A DNA stretch of 48,505 nt from Octopus bimaculoides (GCF_001194135.2 NC_068988.1:5182176-5230680); one strand, 5' to 3'; shown: positions 10,960 through 22,959, numbered from the stretch's first letter. The notes: generated from the sequence alone by a model not told the origin. Numbers and translations: made by a program.

Positions 10960-12080
10960 TTTGAAAAATTGTCACGCTGCTTCTTAAATCCTGGATAGAT
11001 TTGATACGTGTTTTATTCACACTCCAGTGGAACCCTACCATCAACGAAACACTGGTCTTCTACCCTTTTCTGTCCTCTACTCTCACACCTACACCTTTCA
11101 TTCAAGCATCCTCCCATTTAAAAAGAAACTCCTCTGAAAATTCTAATTTCTACTCTCACTTCATAGCCACCATACCACCTCTCTTATCCTCTAACAGAGA
11201 TGACAATTCCTATAACCATTCAGTTAGTATTTCACTATCTCTCATCCATGCCCAACAAATGCGCTGCCTGCATATATCACACCTCCCTGTACAGCATTAA
11301 GAGGGACCAAACCCCAATCCTTCTACTTCATTATCCAAAACTTCAGCTGCACATTCAATGTACTCTATTGCATTTGTTGTTGTTCGCACTTCGTCGCTTA
11401 CGACGTCGAGGGTTCCAGTTGATCTGATCAACGGAAAAGCCTGCTCGTGAAATTAACATGCAAGTGGCTGAGCACTCCACAGACACGTGTACCCTTAACG
11501 TAGTTCTCGGGGATATTCAGCGTGACACAGTGTGATAAGGCTGACCCTTTGAATTACAGGCACAACAGAAACAGGAAATAAGAGTGAGAGAAAGTTGTGG
11601 TGAAAGAGTACAGCAGGGTTCGCCACCATCTCCTGCCGGAGCCTCGTGAAGCTTTAGGTGTTTTCGCTCAATAAACACTCACAACGCCCGGTCTGGGAAT
11701 CGAAACCGCGATCCTATGACCGCGAGTCCGCTGCCCTAACCACTGGGCCATTGCGTCTCCACTCTATTGCATTTAAACCCTACAGAACCCTCTGCCTCGG
11801 TGAACGAGGTCGCCACCAAGAGAATCACTCCCGCAAACACGATCGTAACGTTATCCAACGAACTCTGAACAACCAGTTTACCCATCTTCTCAGTATATTT
11901 AGGCATTTCATTAGCCCTCTTTCGGCATTTCCGTCCAAAACGGGCCATCACACTCCAACAGACACAAACAACACCACATATTCACCATGTTCGCGAGATT
12001 TGAACAAACGACTCGCTTTCTCTTCTATCTCACGCCACCAACACAACCACTTATATTCATGGACATCCAAACTATAATAA
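10960..12080 (+). mobile_element. Probable Penelope-like pre-RT ORF remnant, interrupted by a SINE C
   Basis: Loose motifs SRC(F)LNPG, SRDLNKRLAF, SWTS and YLEYL occur in the order expected for PLE N-terminal regions. Weak similarity. Confidence 0.35.
11376..11760 (-). mobile_element. tRNA-derived SINE family C, full length, 14-bp TSD
   Basis: Head GGAGACGCAATGGCCCAGTGGTTAGGGC (A box) and GGTTTCGATTCCC (B box); (CAA)n-type tail; exact TSD ACTCTATTGCATTT at 11362-11375 and 11761-11774. Confidence 0.92.
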
Positions 12081-12283
12081 TTATCTAGAGTATCTAAAGA
12101 AAAATATTTTATTTATCTTTTATTTATCATTTCATTTTTCCACTTTTACCATTTTTGTTGCGACTATAGAATGTCTTTCGAAGAATATATTTACTATTAT
12201 TTAGATTTTGTTATTTTTTTAAATTTCTCTCATTTTTACTAAAATTGAATGAGTATGTGTCTATACGCGTGTGTGTGTATGGA

Positions 12284-12335
<52 letters not shown>

Positions 12336-12483
12336 AGCGAGAGAGAGAGAGAAAGAGAGAGTGTGTGTATCTGTGTGTACGCACAGGAGAGCATATATGA
12401 ACATCAGGTACCCATTTATATACGTCACCTCAAGCACATATGTGTGCCTGAGGCCCCTACAAAGCATATGTACACCTATGCAT

Positions 12484-12524
<41 letters not shown>

Positions 12525-12689
12525 TTACTGCCAGACACAATCTCATTGCAGCTATACCTAAGGAATAAATCCCCTTCTCTATCTATCTATCTTTCTATCT
12601 CCTGTCTATATATCTAACGTTACATCAAACATTTCGTCTTTCTTTTTCCCGCTCAATAACCATTTTTCCTTTCATCCTCCTCCTCCTCT

Positions 12690-12732
<43 letters not shown>

Positions 12733-13416
12733 CCATCTCAATCTTTATTTACCTGTAACCAGTCTCCTCCTCCTCCCCCCTCCTTCTCCTCCTTTTCCCA
12801 TCTCACCAATGTCTATTCCTCACCACCTTTCCTTCCATTCTTTCCTTGTCGCTTCAGTTCTTTCACTCCCCCCACACACTTCAGCCATTTATTTTATGTA
12901 TGTGTGTGTGGATATGTGGATATGTGGATATGTTATGTATGTGCATAAAAACACACAAGGAGAGATGCGAATTTCTTAATTTGTTGTTGTTGTTGTTGTT
13001 GTTGTTCTTCTTCTTCTTCTTCTTCTTCTTCTTCTTGTCGTTCTTGTTCAGCCACTGTTCAACGCTGGTTAAACAAACCTCTTCAACCGTGACCATTTCG
13101 ACTTTTTTTTACAATTACCCGCAACAATTTTATGCAATGTGTCCTTCCTCTTTTCCAGATGGTAGGGTGTGCGTTGAGGGAGGTTTAGATTCTATTTCTA
13201 GCAAGATGAAAGATCGCACCGACGTTCGCTTGAAGAGAGAAGGGAACACAGAGAGCGAAAGAAGGAAGAGACAAGTAGAGAGGGTGAGAAAGAGAGAGAG
13301 AAAGTCAAAAGAGACACGACAGAGAGAGGTTATTTCGCACAAGTCTTTCACAAGCTTGTTGCACTCTACGTGTGACATAAATAGATATATGTTTATATAT
13401 ATATTTACATGCACGC

Positions 13417-13466
<50 letters not shown>

Positions 13467-13721
13467 ACTTGTGTGTTTATCTAGGTATGTGTGTGTGTGT
13501 TCGTCCTTCTAAATTTCTCTCCTAGATTCAGTTTTCTCTCTTTTAACCCCACACTGCTTATAGCTCCTCTTCTCTTACATTTATATTATTCTTCACCGTC
13601 CATACACCTCGCTTTTTTTTCTTTTCTTTTCCATCTTTCTCATCATTTTATCTCTTCCTACAATCTAAATTACCCTCTGGTTCATATCAATAACTTCATT
13701 TCTCTTTTTTTTTTTCATTTA

Positions 13722-13817
13722 CATTTATTATCATTATTATTATTATTATTTTTATCATTATTATTATTATTATTATTATTATCATTACTATTACTATTAT
13801 TATTATTATCATTATTA

Positions 13818-13860
<43 letters not shown>

Positions 13861-13907
13861 CATTATTATTATTATTATTATGATTATTATTATCATTATT
13901 ATTATTA
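13722..13907. repeat. (ATT/ATC)n compound triplet array
   Basis: Directly visible. Confidence 0.97.
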
Positions 13908-14076
13908 TCTTCTTAGTTTTTCCCTATTTGATTTGTCTTAACAATCCTACGTATATTTTCGAGACAAATGTAAAACTAAGACATCTTTCCCATCGCCGAA
14001 CGTCATTAGTCTTTCTCACAATTCCCCTTCCCTACCTCCGCAGCCACCACCAACCACACATGCAGGTTTTCCCTTC

Positions 14077-14122
<46 letters not shown>

Positions 14123-14676
14123 NNNNNNNNNNNNNNNNNNNNNNNNNNNNNNNNNNNNNNNNNNNNNNNNNNNNNNNNNNNNNNNNNNNNNNNNNNNNNN
14201 NNNNNNNNNNNNNNNNNNNNNNNNNNNNNNNNNNNNNNNNNNNNNNNNNNNNNNNNNNNNNNNNNNNNNNNNNNNNNNNNNNNNNNNNNNNNNNNNNNNN
14301 NNNNNNNNNNNNNNNNNNNNNNNNNNNNNNNNNNNNNNNNNNNNNNNNNNNNNNNNNNNNNNNNNNNNNNNNNNNNNATATATATATCCGCGTACACGCA
14401 CGCATGCACATATATAAGAAACTATATTTAATACTTACGTATACATTATGTATGTGTGTGTATGTGCACGTGTGGATGTATATGTGGGTGTATGCGTGTA
14501 CGTATGTGTGTGTGTGTGTGTGTGTGTGTGAATGAACGTATGAATGATACATGTGTGTGAGTCACTCAGGAACCTAGAGTTTCGTTCAAATGCACTAATA
14601 TACACATAGACATGCGTGTAAGTGTGTACAAAGCCGTATATAAGTGCGCGCGGGCGTATGAGAGAGAGAGAGAGAG

Positions 14677-14758
<82 letters not shown>

Positions 14759-14829
14759 TGAATTCATGCAAAGTTTTCTCCTCTTCTCTACAATAAACTC
14801 ATACTCTTCCCCTTTTTTTCAGTGATTCC

Positions 14830-15235
14830 GAGGAAGAGAGGGTCATTGCTCGATGCATCCATGAAGAATTACGACCTGGTCGAGGTCTCTGATTTTGTCG
14901 AGATATTTGTTCTGGACACAGTTTTGTAAACGGACGATGGCATGGTAACTTTAATGAACAGCCATCTCATGGATGAATTCAGGAAGAACTTTATAAACAT
15001 CTCCGAAAATTTCAGTTTAATTTACTGGATTTTACTCAAAATCTCACACGCAAGCAAATAGTATCCTTGTAGAAAACCGAACTCGGATACTGCTTGCTTC
15101 CATTGGAACTCCAACCACCACCCAGCTGTTATTAGAAACCTATCCACAGGTATCAGCAGAAGAATCGCCAGTTTATTAACGCAAAGATACATCTTCGACA
15201 GAGTTATGCCTTCTTACAACAAGGTCTTAATTTAC
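14830..15235 (+). mobile_element. Penelope-like RT and thumb fragment (pseudogenic)
   Basis: LDASMKNYDLVEVSDFVEIFVLDT (the FDVxMGSYDGAEVxELVG motif), L*TDDGM (YRDDG), YPCRKPNSD, SNHHPAVIRNLSTGISRRIASL...YNKVL. Confidence 0.8.
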
Positions 15236-15274
15236 TAATATATTAGTGTAAAAGGAGAACCTATCAACACTTAG

Positions 15275-15350
15275 AGAAAAACAATCTTCTGTTCAATCTA
15301 GATGAATCCACTGATATGTCTAGAAGCATCGTGGCTCTAGTTAGTCAGAG
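15275..15350 (+). mobile_element. hAT (Charlie/Buster/SPIN-like) transposase micro-fragment
   Basis: SVQ[+1 nt]LDESTDMS matches the first catalytic-Asp motif FSxQLDESTDxS. Very short. Confidence 0.35.
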
Positions 15351-15699
15351 TTTCCTAAGAACCCATGACTATTAGAAATGGTTTAATGCACATAATGTTT
15401 AACTTAACGACTCGTGCTGAGAGAATATAGCCTCCACATTGCATGTAACAACGAAAACAAACACGCACCCACCCAGATTCCATCCAATGTTCTATTGAAC
15501 TGACCAATGGCGGCCCCAAATATTCCCTTCCAGAATCCATCTCTAAATTCTCCGTACTCTGTCTCCGTACATCTAAAGATGTAGTCTCTCATCTGTACGT
15601 ACGAAACTTTGAATTACGTGCACTGGGTCAATTTGTTAAATACCTACACTCCAGCTACTTATGTTGATTGCTTTCGTTCGTTCAGCCAATTGTTTTGAG

Positions 15700-15773
<74 letters not shown>

Positions 15774-16562
15774 TTGTATTTGTGCAGGTATAGCTGTAGC
15801 ACTCTCGCCTGACCGGGTCTATAAATACCCAAACGAAAACAATCACATGAACCAACTGTAGTTTGAATAACTTCCTTTAAAAAAATTGGGAAATTTTAAG
15901 TCGCTAGAGAATGCTGGCATCCAAGTAATTCGGAAAATGGTTCAGGCTTTGAAATACGGGTGAAAAAAACATTCCAACACAAGCTAATATCAAATATTTA
16001 CTCTTAAATTTTTTCCCGAGAGGACGCCATTTATTTATTATTTATTTATTTATTTTATAAGAATATTGTACAAATTAAATGAATTCATATTCTAAATGAA
16101 TTAATATTCTAATCATTTACATTTTCAAGTATTTATTGCAATGTTTTTGTTCTTGGGGGAGGGGGTCAGTCAAGTAGTGCATGACCTTCGTGTAAACGAA
16201 TGTCCAGTTACCTACATGCCAACGAGTATACAGACGTACTTTCATTTTTTTATATATCTTATCATAAAATACATATTAAGATTATCATAAAATGAAAGAG
16301 GATTCCATTGTTCGTTTCCAAAGTGCAATCAGTTATCGCCAAGCTAACATGGCAGTCCAAGAAAATAGAAGGATTTGATTTTTTCAAAATTTTATCAAAA
16401 TAATCACAATCTACGCCCTTGAAAACGCATAACGGCAAAATTTCATTAAAAAGATGTATTTCACAGAGATTTGTGAGGAAACAAAGTCATGGAGAGCACA
16501 AAACTGTAATTATAACAAAGCTTTTAATACGCACATGTAATTATATTTATATGCATATATAA

Positions 16563-16970
16563 ATGTAAGATCTGCGTGAGCCGTCGTTATTACTCCACGT
16601 CCACTGTGGAACAAACGGCTCATCCAGGCTGTAACGGTGTACTAGATTAAAGCTCTCTAGTAAACCCTTGAGGCCAGGGTTTCCCTGCCTATCAGTCGAG
16701 CCAACATTATCCACCCGTGCATCGAGGATATGGTTAAAGTCGCCTAACAGAACTATCGTTTTTGACGTCACTAGAAAGTGCTCCAGGTCTCGATATAAAC
16801 CAGACTGCTAACGCTCGTTAGGAGCGTAGACAGCTACCAACCTGAAGGACTGTTTACTCACGTGGGTCACATCTAGGACAACCAGCCTACCTTCTGGGTC
16901 CAGAAAGACTGTACTTACCTGTACGTCCAAGTTCTTCCTGAATCAGACCGCCACGCCCCCTCCTTGTCGT
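16563..16970 (-). mobile_element. Tx1/L1 APE endonuclease fragment
   Basis: GVAV...LDPEGRLVVLDV...FRLVAVYAP, IVLLGDFNHILD and QWTWSNNDGSRRSY (ORF track 16547-16771). Confidence 0.85.
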
Positions 16971-17340
16971 TCACAACAGTTCACAATTTTTCACAATAAA
17001 TTTTCAAATAGAGAATTAACAGATATTTTCCACCCCGAAGGGCGTTAATTACTGTTTGTCAAACGACAACAGTTCAAATCCAGTCAAGATTTTTCGCAAT
17101 AACACAAATAAACAAGGAACAGACAGAAACGAACTCACATAACATAGGGTAGCAAAGATGACGATACCGACGTATCGCAGGAGAAAAAGGCGTGGCTTGC
17201 TAACTGAATTTTTTATTACAGTAATATATATCAAATACAGAAGGCATATAACAGTACAATACAAACAAAAAAAATGTTACTATGAGTTCGAATGAGCCTT
17301 ACATTTTAAAAATTTGATGATAAAATATTAATATATATAA

Positions 17341-17395
<55 letters not shown>

Positions 17396-17409
17396 GTTGA
17401 CCATTTTCT

Positions 17410-17930
17410 TAAAGAGGAGATGCACCCGGCAGCCTGAAAGGCCCAGCGGCTATACCTTCTTTTTCCAATGTTGATTAAGTATGGTTACTAGCACCCACCT
17501 TTCTCATCACGTTTCTCGAACACACTTCGCGACAGCATTCTCCTCCCCAGCCTTATCTTGCTCTTCAGATGGTATTTGAAGTAAAGTAGCAAACCAGGGC
17601 CAGAGATGAAGGATCCCGTCACGAATCCTTGCATTCTCGTCCTCCATACACACTCTGTACAGAAAAAACATACCACACCTCCCTTTGAGAGTCCAGTTGG
17701 CGGTACAACCTTTATTATAGATTCAGCCGATAACTGTACTCTTCCTAGATGCGAAAACACGTGTGCAAAATTGTGGAGAGCTAACAATATCCTTATCTCT
17801 ATCTCTAACGAATACCCTAACTATGTAAGATCTGCGTGAGCCGTCGTTATTACTCCACGTCCACTGTGAAACGAACGGCTCATGCAGTCTGTAACGGTCC
17901 ACTTGAGGCCAGGATTTCCCTTCCTATCTT
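17410..17930 (-). mobile_element. Tx1/L1 internally deleted remnant (end of endonuclease fused to ORF2 C-terminus)
   Basis: QWTWSNNDGSRRSYIVRVFVRDRDKDIVSSPQF is joined at ~17768 to LGRVQLSAESIIKV...VWRTRMQG...YFKYHLKSKIR (ORF track 17488-17787). Confidence 0.7.
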
Positions 17931-17989
17931 GGTAGCACTATGACCCTCCCCTCAGCCTCGTCCCCTCCCGTTGCCGCTTCTGCTGCCTC

Positions 17990-18545
17990 CGAACCTGACT
18001 TTTGGTATCGTTCCTGTATTTTTGTGTTTGTGTGTTCGCCCATGCTGCCGCCATCCTGGTAGTTGTTGTTGTTATTGTTGTTGTTGTTGCTGTCGTTGCT
18101 ACTGCTATTGCGCATCACTCTCACCAAGTCTGCTATAAGAATATTGAACTTGGCCTTGTCCGCAATAGCTGTGTTCTTGTGGAGCAGGTAGCCAAGGCCA
18201 TGGGCTTGACATAATGGGAGTGGAGGATCTAGACCTTACTGTGCTTGGTTTCCAGCCAGAGTTCCGTGTCTAAAACTGGTAGCCTATAGTTGGGGTGCTT
18301 GTTAGGGTAGTCAATCGTTAGTTTAATACTCTGGTGGATGGAGTTAGCTATTTGTTGGATGCTCTCCATGTGAGCTTCTATATCATCAACGTTGTCTTGT
18401 AGGGTAGCTTTGGTTACTATGTTGATATCATCCACATAGCAGGAGTACATGGTTAGGGTTATGGAGTTCTCTGCTAATTTCCCTTTGAGTCTCCTACCCC
18501 ACCATACCATAAATAGGTTAGCCACATCGCTAGTTATACTGACAT
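17990..18545 (-). mobile_element. Penelope-like RT and thumb fragment, second lineage
   Basis: VSITSDVANLFM...YVDDINIV...DYPNKHPNYRLPVLDTELW (ORF track 18229-18627), then ILHSHYVKPMA and KFNILIADLVRVMRNS, then QERYQKSG. Confidence 0.8.
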
Positions 18546-18782
18546 ATATATATATATATATATGTATATGTATGTATCTCTCTCTTTCTCTCTCCCTCTG
18601 TATACATACATACATACATACATACATACATANNNNNNNNNNNNNNNNNNNNNNNNNNNNNNNNNNNNNNNNNNNNNNNNNNNNNNNNNNNNNNNNNNNN
18701 NNNNNNNNNNNNNNNNNNNNNNNNNNNNNNNNNNNNNNNNNNNNNNNNNNNNNNNNNNNNNNNNNNNNNGTACAGGAGATAT

Positions 18783-18833
18783 AGAGATAGAATGGGGCAT
18801 GCCAACGCTAGGCCGAAACAGCTGTAAGTCTCT
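18783..18833 (+). ncRNA. Decayed hammerhead relic (core mutated), probable PLE pseudo-LTR
   Basis: GGC/GCC helix II base, GAAA, palindrome ACAGCTGT, GUA site and helix I AGAGAT / AGTCTCT with one bulge. The CUGANGA position reads AGAATGG. Confidence 0.45.
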
Positions 18834-19019
18834 GCCCCTTCTCCAGTTGCTGAATGTCCTTTATATTTGAAATCGTAATTGTTAATATGACATAGTATGT
18901 CATAGGTGTCTATATATTGTGTTTTTTGTCAATTTAGTTATAAAATAAACAGATTAATCAACGGAATACATTGTCTGCAAGTCGATGAGTACCTCATATT
19001 CCCCTTCATTTTCTTATTG

Positions 19020-19020
<1 letters not shown>

Positions 19021-19098
<78 letters not shown>
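19021..19098. repeat. (TA)n; also ~595-641, ~4674-4707 and ~17345-17388
   Basis: Directly visible. Confidence 0.98.
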
Positions 19099-19101
<3 letters not shown>

Positions 19102-19638
19102 TATAAATCAACAACGTTTAACATGATATTAGAAGTTTAAATACTGCTTTGTTGAGAGGAACAACATGTGTATGTCCGTTTGTCTGTGAGTAAATGTTTG
19201 TGCGTATGTGCGTACGCGCGCATGTGTGTGTATAGAAAAAAGAGTCTTTCTATATGAACCACTGTAAGCACCCTATCCACTCGATGACCACCCCTGCCAA
19301 GTGTGACGGGTGAAAATGATAAACAACATGGCCGGATGTGTTGAAAAGGCAAATGCCAAAAGTTCAGTGACTCACGCTGTTATTGGTTGACCTCGAGCAG
19401 ATTCACGACATTCCATCCGTGACCAATTCATCTGTTTGAAATGAGATTATATAGTGTGTTGTTTCTCTATTTGATATTTCGCTGCTATTTCTAGCAAGTT
19501 GATCGACCAGCCTGTTTGTTTATGATTCTCTTTAGACAAGACTTGTTTGCATTAACAGGCGCACACGCTCAAACACACACGCGCACGCACACACATTCAT
19601 ATGCACAAATCCACATTCACAGGTACAAATTCACGTTG

Positions 19639-19681
<43 letters not shown>

Positions 19682-20064
19682 TACACCAATATTCGAGCGC
19701 GCACGCACACACACGCACATTTACTCACAGCCACACGAACGCTCTCCACTCATCTATTTCTATCACCATCTCTCACTCTCTCTCGCTCTCCTTCTCCCTC
19801 GCATTCTCTCTCTCCCTCTCCCACTCTCTCTTTCTCTCTCGCATACACATGCGCGCGCGAACGTACACTCACGCCTGCGCACACGCACGCGCGCACACGC
19901 ACGCGCACACACGCACAAACACACGCACACTCTCACACCAAATACATTTTTCCTAACCAAACACACAAACACAATTTTCTTCGATCTCCATTCTGTCGTG
20001 TTTGATCATATCCATCTCCTTCTCCTTCGTGTTCTCTCTTTCTCACTCTCTCTCTCTTTCTCAA

Positions 20065-20102
<38 letters not shown>

Positions 20103-20229
20103 CCTCTCTCTCTCTTTCTTTCGCTCCCCTTCTCGCTTTCTATCTATCTATCTATCTCATTCCCCTGATTTTCTCGCTCTTCCTCTCCCCTATATTCTCC
20201 TTTTCTTTCTCTCACACACTCACGTCATC

Positions 20230-20305
<76 letters not shown>

Positions 20306-20334
20306 CACTTCTGGTAGGATGGTTCTTACTTCTC

Positions 20335-20470
20335 CGTGTCTGTGTGGTTAGAAGTTTGCTTCCCAACTACGTGATTCTGGGTTCAGTCCCACTGTGTGGC
20401 ACACTGGGAGGGTGTATTTTATAGCCGACCAAAACCTTGTGAGTGGATTTGGTAGACAGAAATTAAAAGT
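20335..20470 (+). mobile_element. SINE family A, 5' portion only
   Basis: GTGTCTGTGTGGTTAGAAG...GGGTTCAGTCCC...GTGAGTGGATTTGGTAGACAGAAA; stops at the position of the internal microsatellite. Confidence 0.8.
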
Positions 20471-21160
20471 ACGTTGCTCGGTTGTTCGGTGGGGATGGCG
20501 AGTCCGACATGGTAGTGGATATCAGTCCATACCTCGACGGCTTGAACGCCCGACATTGAGCGCCTCGAAAAGCAGACAACTTCAGCCGAAATTCGGGATG
20601 CTCTTGTCGGCTACACGAGGCGCAAGTCACTCGGGTTGGATGGTTTGCTCTACGAGCTTTACGTAAAAATGCCAGACTTGTTCTCCGATCTCCTCGAAGC
20701 GCTCTTCTGCAACTGGCAACAGTTCTGTGAGCCAGGACGTAATGACGCTGATAAGGAAAGACGAAAACAAGAGGGACACATTAGATAACTTCAGGCCCAT
20801 AACTCTGCTCAACACAGAGTTTAAGATTTTGGCCAAGGTGTTAGCGAAGAGGTTGGCGCTTGTCGTCGAGGATTTGGTTGGGGAGGCGTAAACCTGCGCA
20901 ATCCCGACCAGACCCATCCACGACAACCTCCACCTCATGCGATACATCATAAGCAGGGTAGGGTGTAAACCTAGCTACCGTGGGGCTCTGATGAACTTAG
21001 ATCAATTGAAAGCATTCGATAGGGTTGACCATCGGTACCTGGAGGCTGTCCTCAAGGCAGCTAGATCTCCCGATTGGTCCATCAAGGGTGCCCTCTCTCC
21101 TCCCTTCTGTACATATTGACATTTGAGCCTTTAGTGCAGAAGCCGGAGCTACTGCAGGAC
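20471..21160 (+). mobile_element. Tx1/L1 reverse transcriptase fragment (pseudogenic)
   Basis: KSLGLDGLLYELY, NFRPITLLNTEFKILAKVLAKRL, IHDNLHLMR, LDQLKAFDRVDHRYL, then after a deletion a frameshifted GCPLSP...LYILTFEPL. Confidence 0.9.
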
Positions 21161-21290
21161 ATCTCGCTCTAACTGACACGCAGAAGGACTGTAATTCATT
21201 CAACGAAAAAAAAAACATTTTCCAATAATTCTGAGAAGAGGAGTCCGATTTCCCACCCACTCCTTTTTTTCTCGAACCAAAATAAGCGGT

Positions 21291-22125
21291 TTGCGGCATA
21301 TAAAGAAGCCTCTCCATGGACAGTATCTACTTCGAAGCCGAAATGCTTATGTAGACCAAGCAACAACCCATCAGTGGCTTAGAAGTTCAGGCCTGGAATC
21401 TGAAACTGAAAGTTTCATCTTGTCGGCACAAGTTCAAATCCTGCTTACCGAAAACTACCAGGCTAACGTTCTTCACAACGGTTCTGACCCTAAATGCAGA
21501 TTCTGCGATACACTTGATGAAGCACTAAACTGTCTCGTCTCGGGATGTCCTGTGCTGACACCAAACGAATACAAAAATCACCACGATAGGGTAGGACAGT
21601 ATTTACATTGGAAAATATGTAAACACTACAAAATCAGCAACCCTGCTTATTGCTGTGAACATCATCCTGAGCCAGTCGTTGAAGGTAAAAATGTCAGTAT
21701 CCTCTGGGATTTTCCAGTCAATACCAACAGAACGATCCAGGCTAATCGACCAGACAAAGTCATTAAAGACAGGGAAGAAAATACTTGTAGACTAATAGAT
21801 GTAAGTGTTCCCACGGATGAAAATATATCCGTAAAGGAATTTGACAAATTAAATAAATATAAGGGCCTGGAAATTGAAATACAAAATATGTGGCATCTTA
21901 AAGCGAGAACTGTTCCTATTATTGTGGGTGCCCCAGTTATGATAAGAAAGACCCTATCAATTTCAATGTCTGTGTTGTATTACATGAAGATATCTCACTA
22001 CTGACCCTGCCACTTCCCTTCCCCAAGCTTTCAGTCATACTGTAACATCTCTTATCCTTCACTCGCCCTAGGACGCTGGGTATGTCTCGGCAAGTGATTG
22101 TAACAAACATGCAGATTAAAAGGAA

Positions 22126-22126
<1 letters not shown>
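21291..22126 (+). mobile_element. R4/Dong-clade non-LTR retrotransposon, 5'-truncated (zinc knuckle, restriction-like endonuclease, 3' UTR)
   Basis: ORF 21291-22004: KPLHGQY, CRFC...CLVSGC (His replaced by Cys), HDRVGQYLHWKIC, ILWDF, NRPD, LIDVSVP, KLNKY, VPIIVGA. The UTR contains CCCTAGG...CTGGG...CTCGG. Confidence 0.88.
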
Positions 22127-22180
<54 letters not shown>

Positions 22181-22207
22181 CGATGATGATGATGACGATG
22201 ATGATGA
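22127..22207 (+). repeat. (TGA)n array at the 3' end of the Dong-like element
   Basis: Directly visible. Confidence 0.97.
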
Positions 22208-22959
22208 GCGTGCTTTACGTGTGTTACTAGGGTGAAAGAAAAGAGATAAACTAAAAATGAAATAAAATCGTCTTCCGAAAAATACTTGAAGTGAAGGGAG
22301 ACCGAAGATGGGAAAAGAGAGAAGAGACATAAGCTGACAGACAGACAGACAGGAAGCAGAATAGGGAAAGGTGGGAGGTAAAGAAGGGTAGTAAGGAGTT
22401 TGTAGATGAGAATAAATCAGAATGTATAAAAATTAAACATAAAATTAAGGCATTTTCTTACATTTACAACTGGACAGCATTAAACTGGAGGCCATCATCT
22501 TTAAGCGAAACAGGGGTCTTTTTCTTGGTTCTTGTTTCTTGTTATTATTGCTATTTTTTTGTTTTGTTGTTTAATGCTAGCAACGTTCAGATTCTTAGCT
22601 GACATCTTGATATTTGAAATACTTCTTCACTATTTACATACCATGATATTTAATTTTCCTCCAATATTTGTTTCGTTTTTTATTGTATTTTATTCGTTTT
22701 TAATATTTTTGCAGAGTCAACCACAAAACCGCATTTCAGTTTCCGAGTTCTTTTGATGCTTAACATTTCATTATGGCAATTGACATCTCTCAATCGCAAC
22801 CTTATCCTCGTCATGTTTTCAGCTGACGGAATATTTTTTTCCCAGTTCCTCTACGTCTTTACCTGCAGATACAGAACATTCTGGAAAAATGTGGTTGCCT
22901 ATTGTACGCAGAAAATTCATCGGAATGTTCGATCATCAATAAAGTGATAGTATTAATAT

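Noticed and set aside
11685-11760. tRNA gene
   Set aside because: A and B boxes are present, but the sequence is the head of a SINE with body, tail and TSD, and no clean cloverleaf forms.
15860-16030. Mariner transposase C-terminal relic
   Set aside because: Only a vague W-x-Q-V-I resemblance with frameshifts; no terminal inverted repeat was confirmed.
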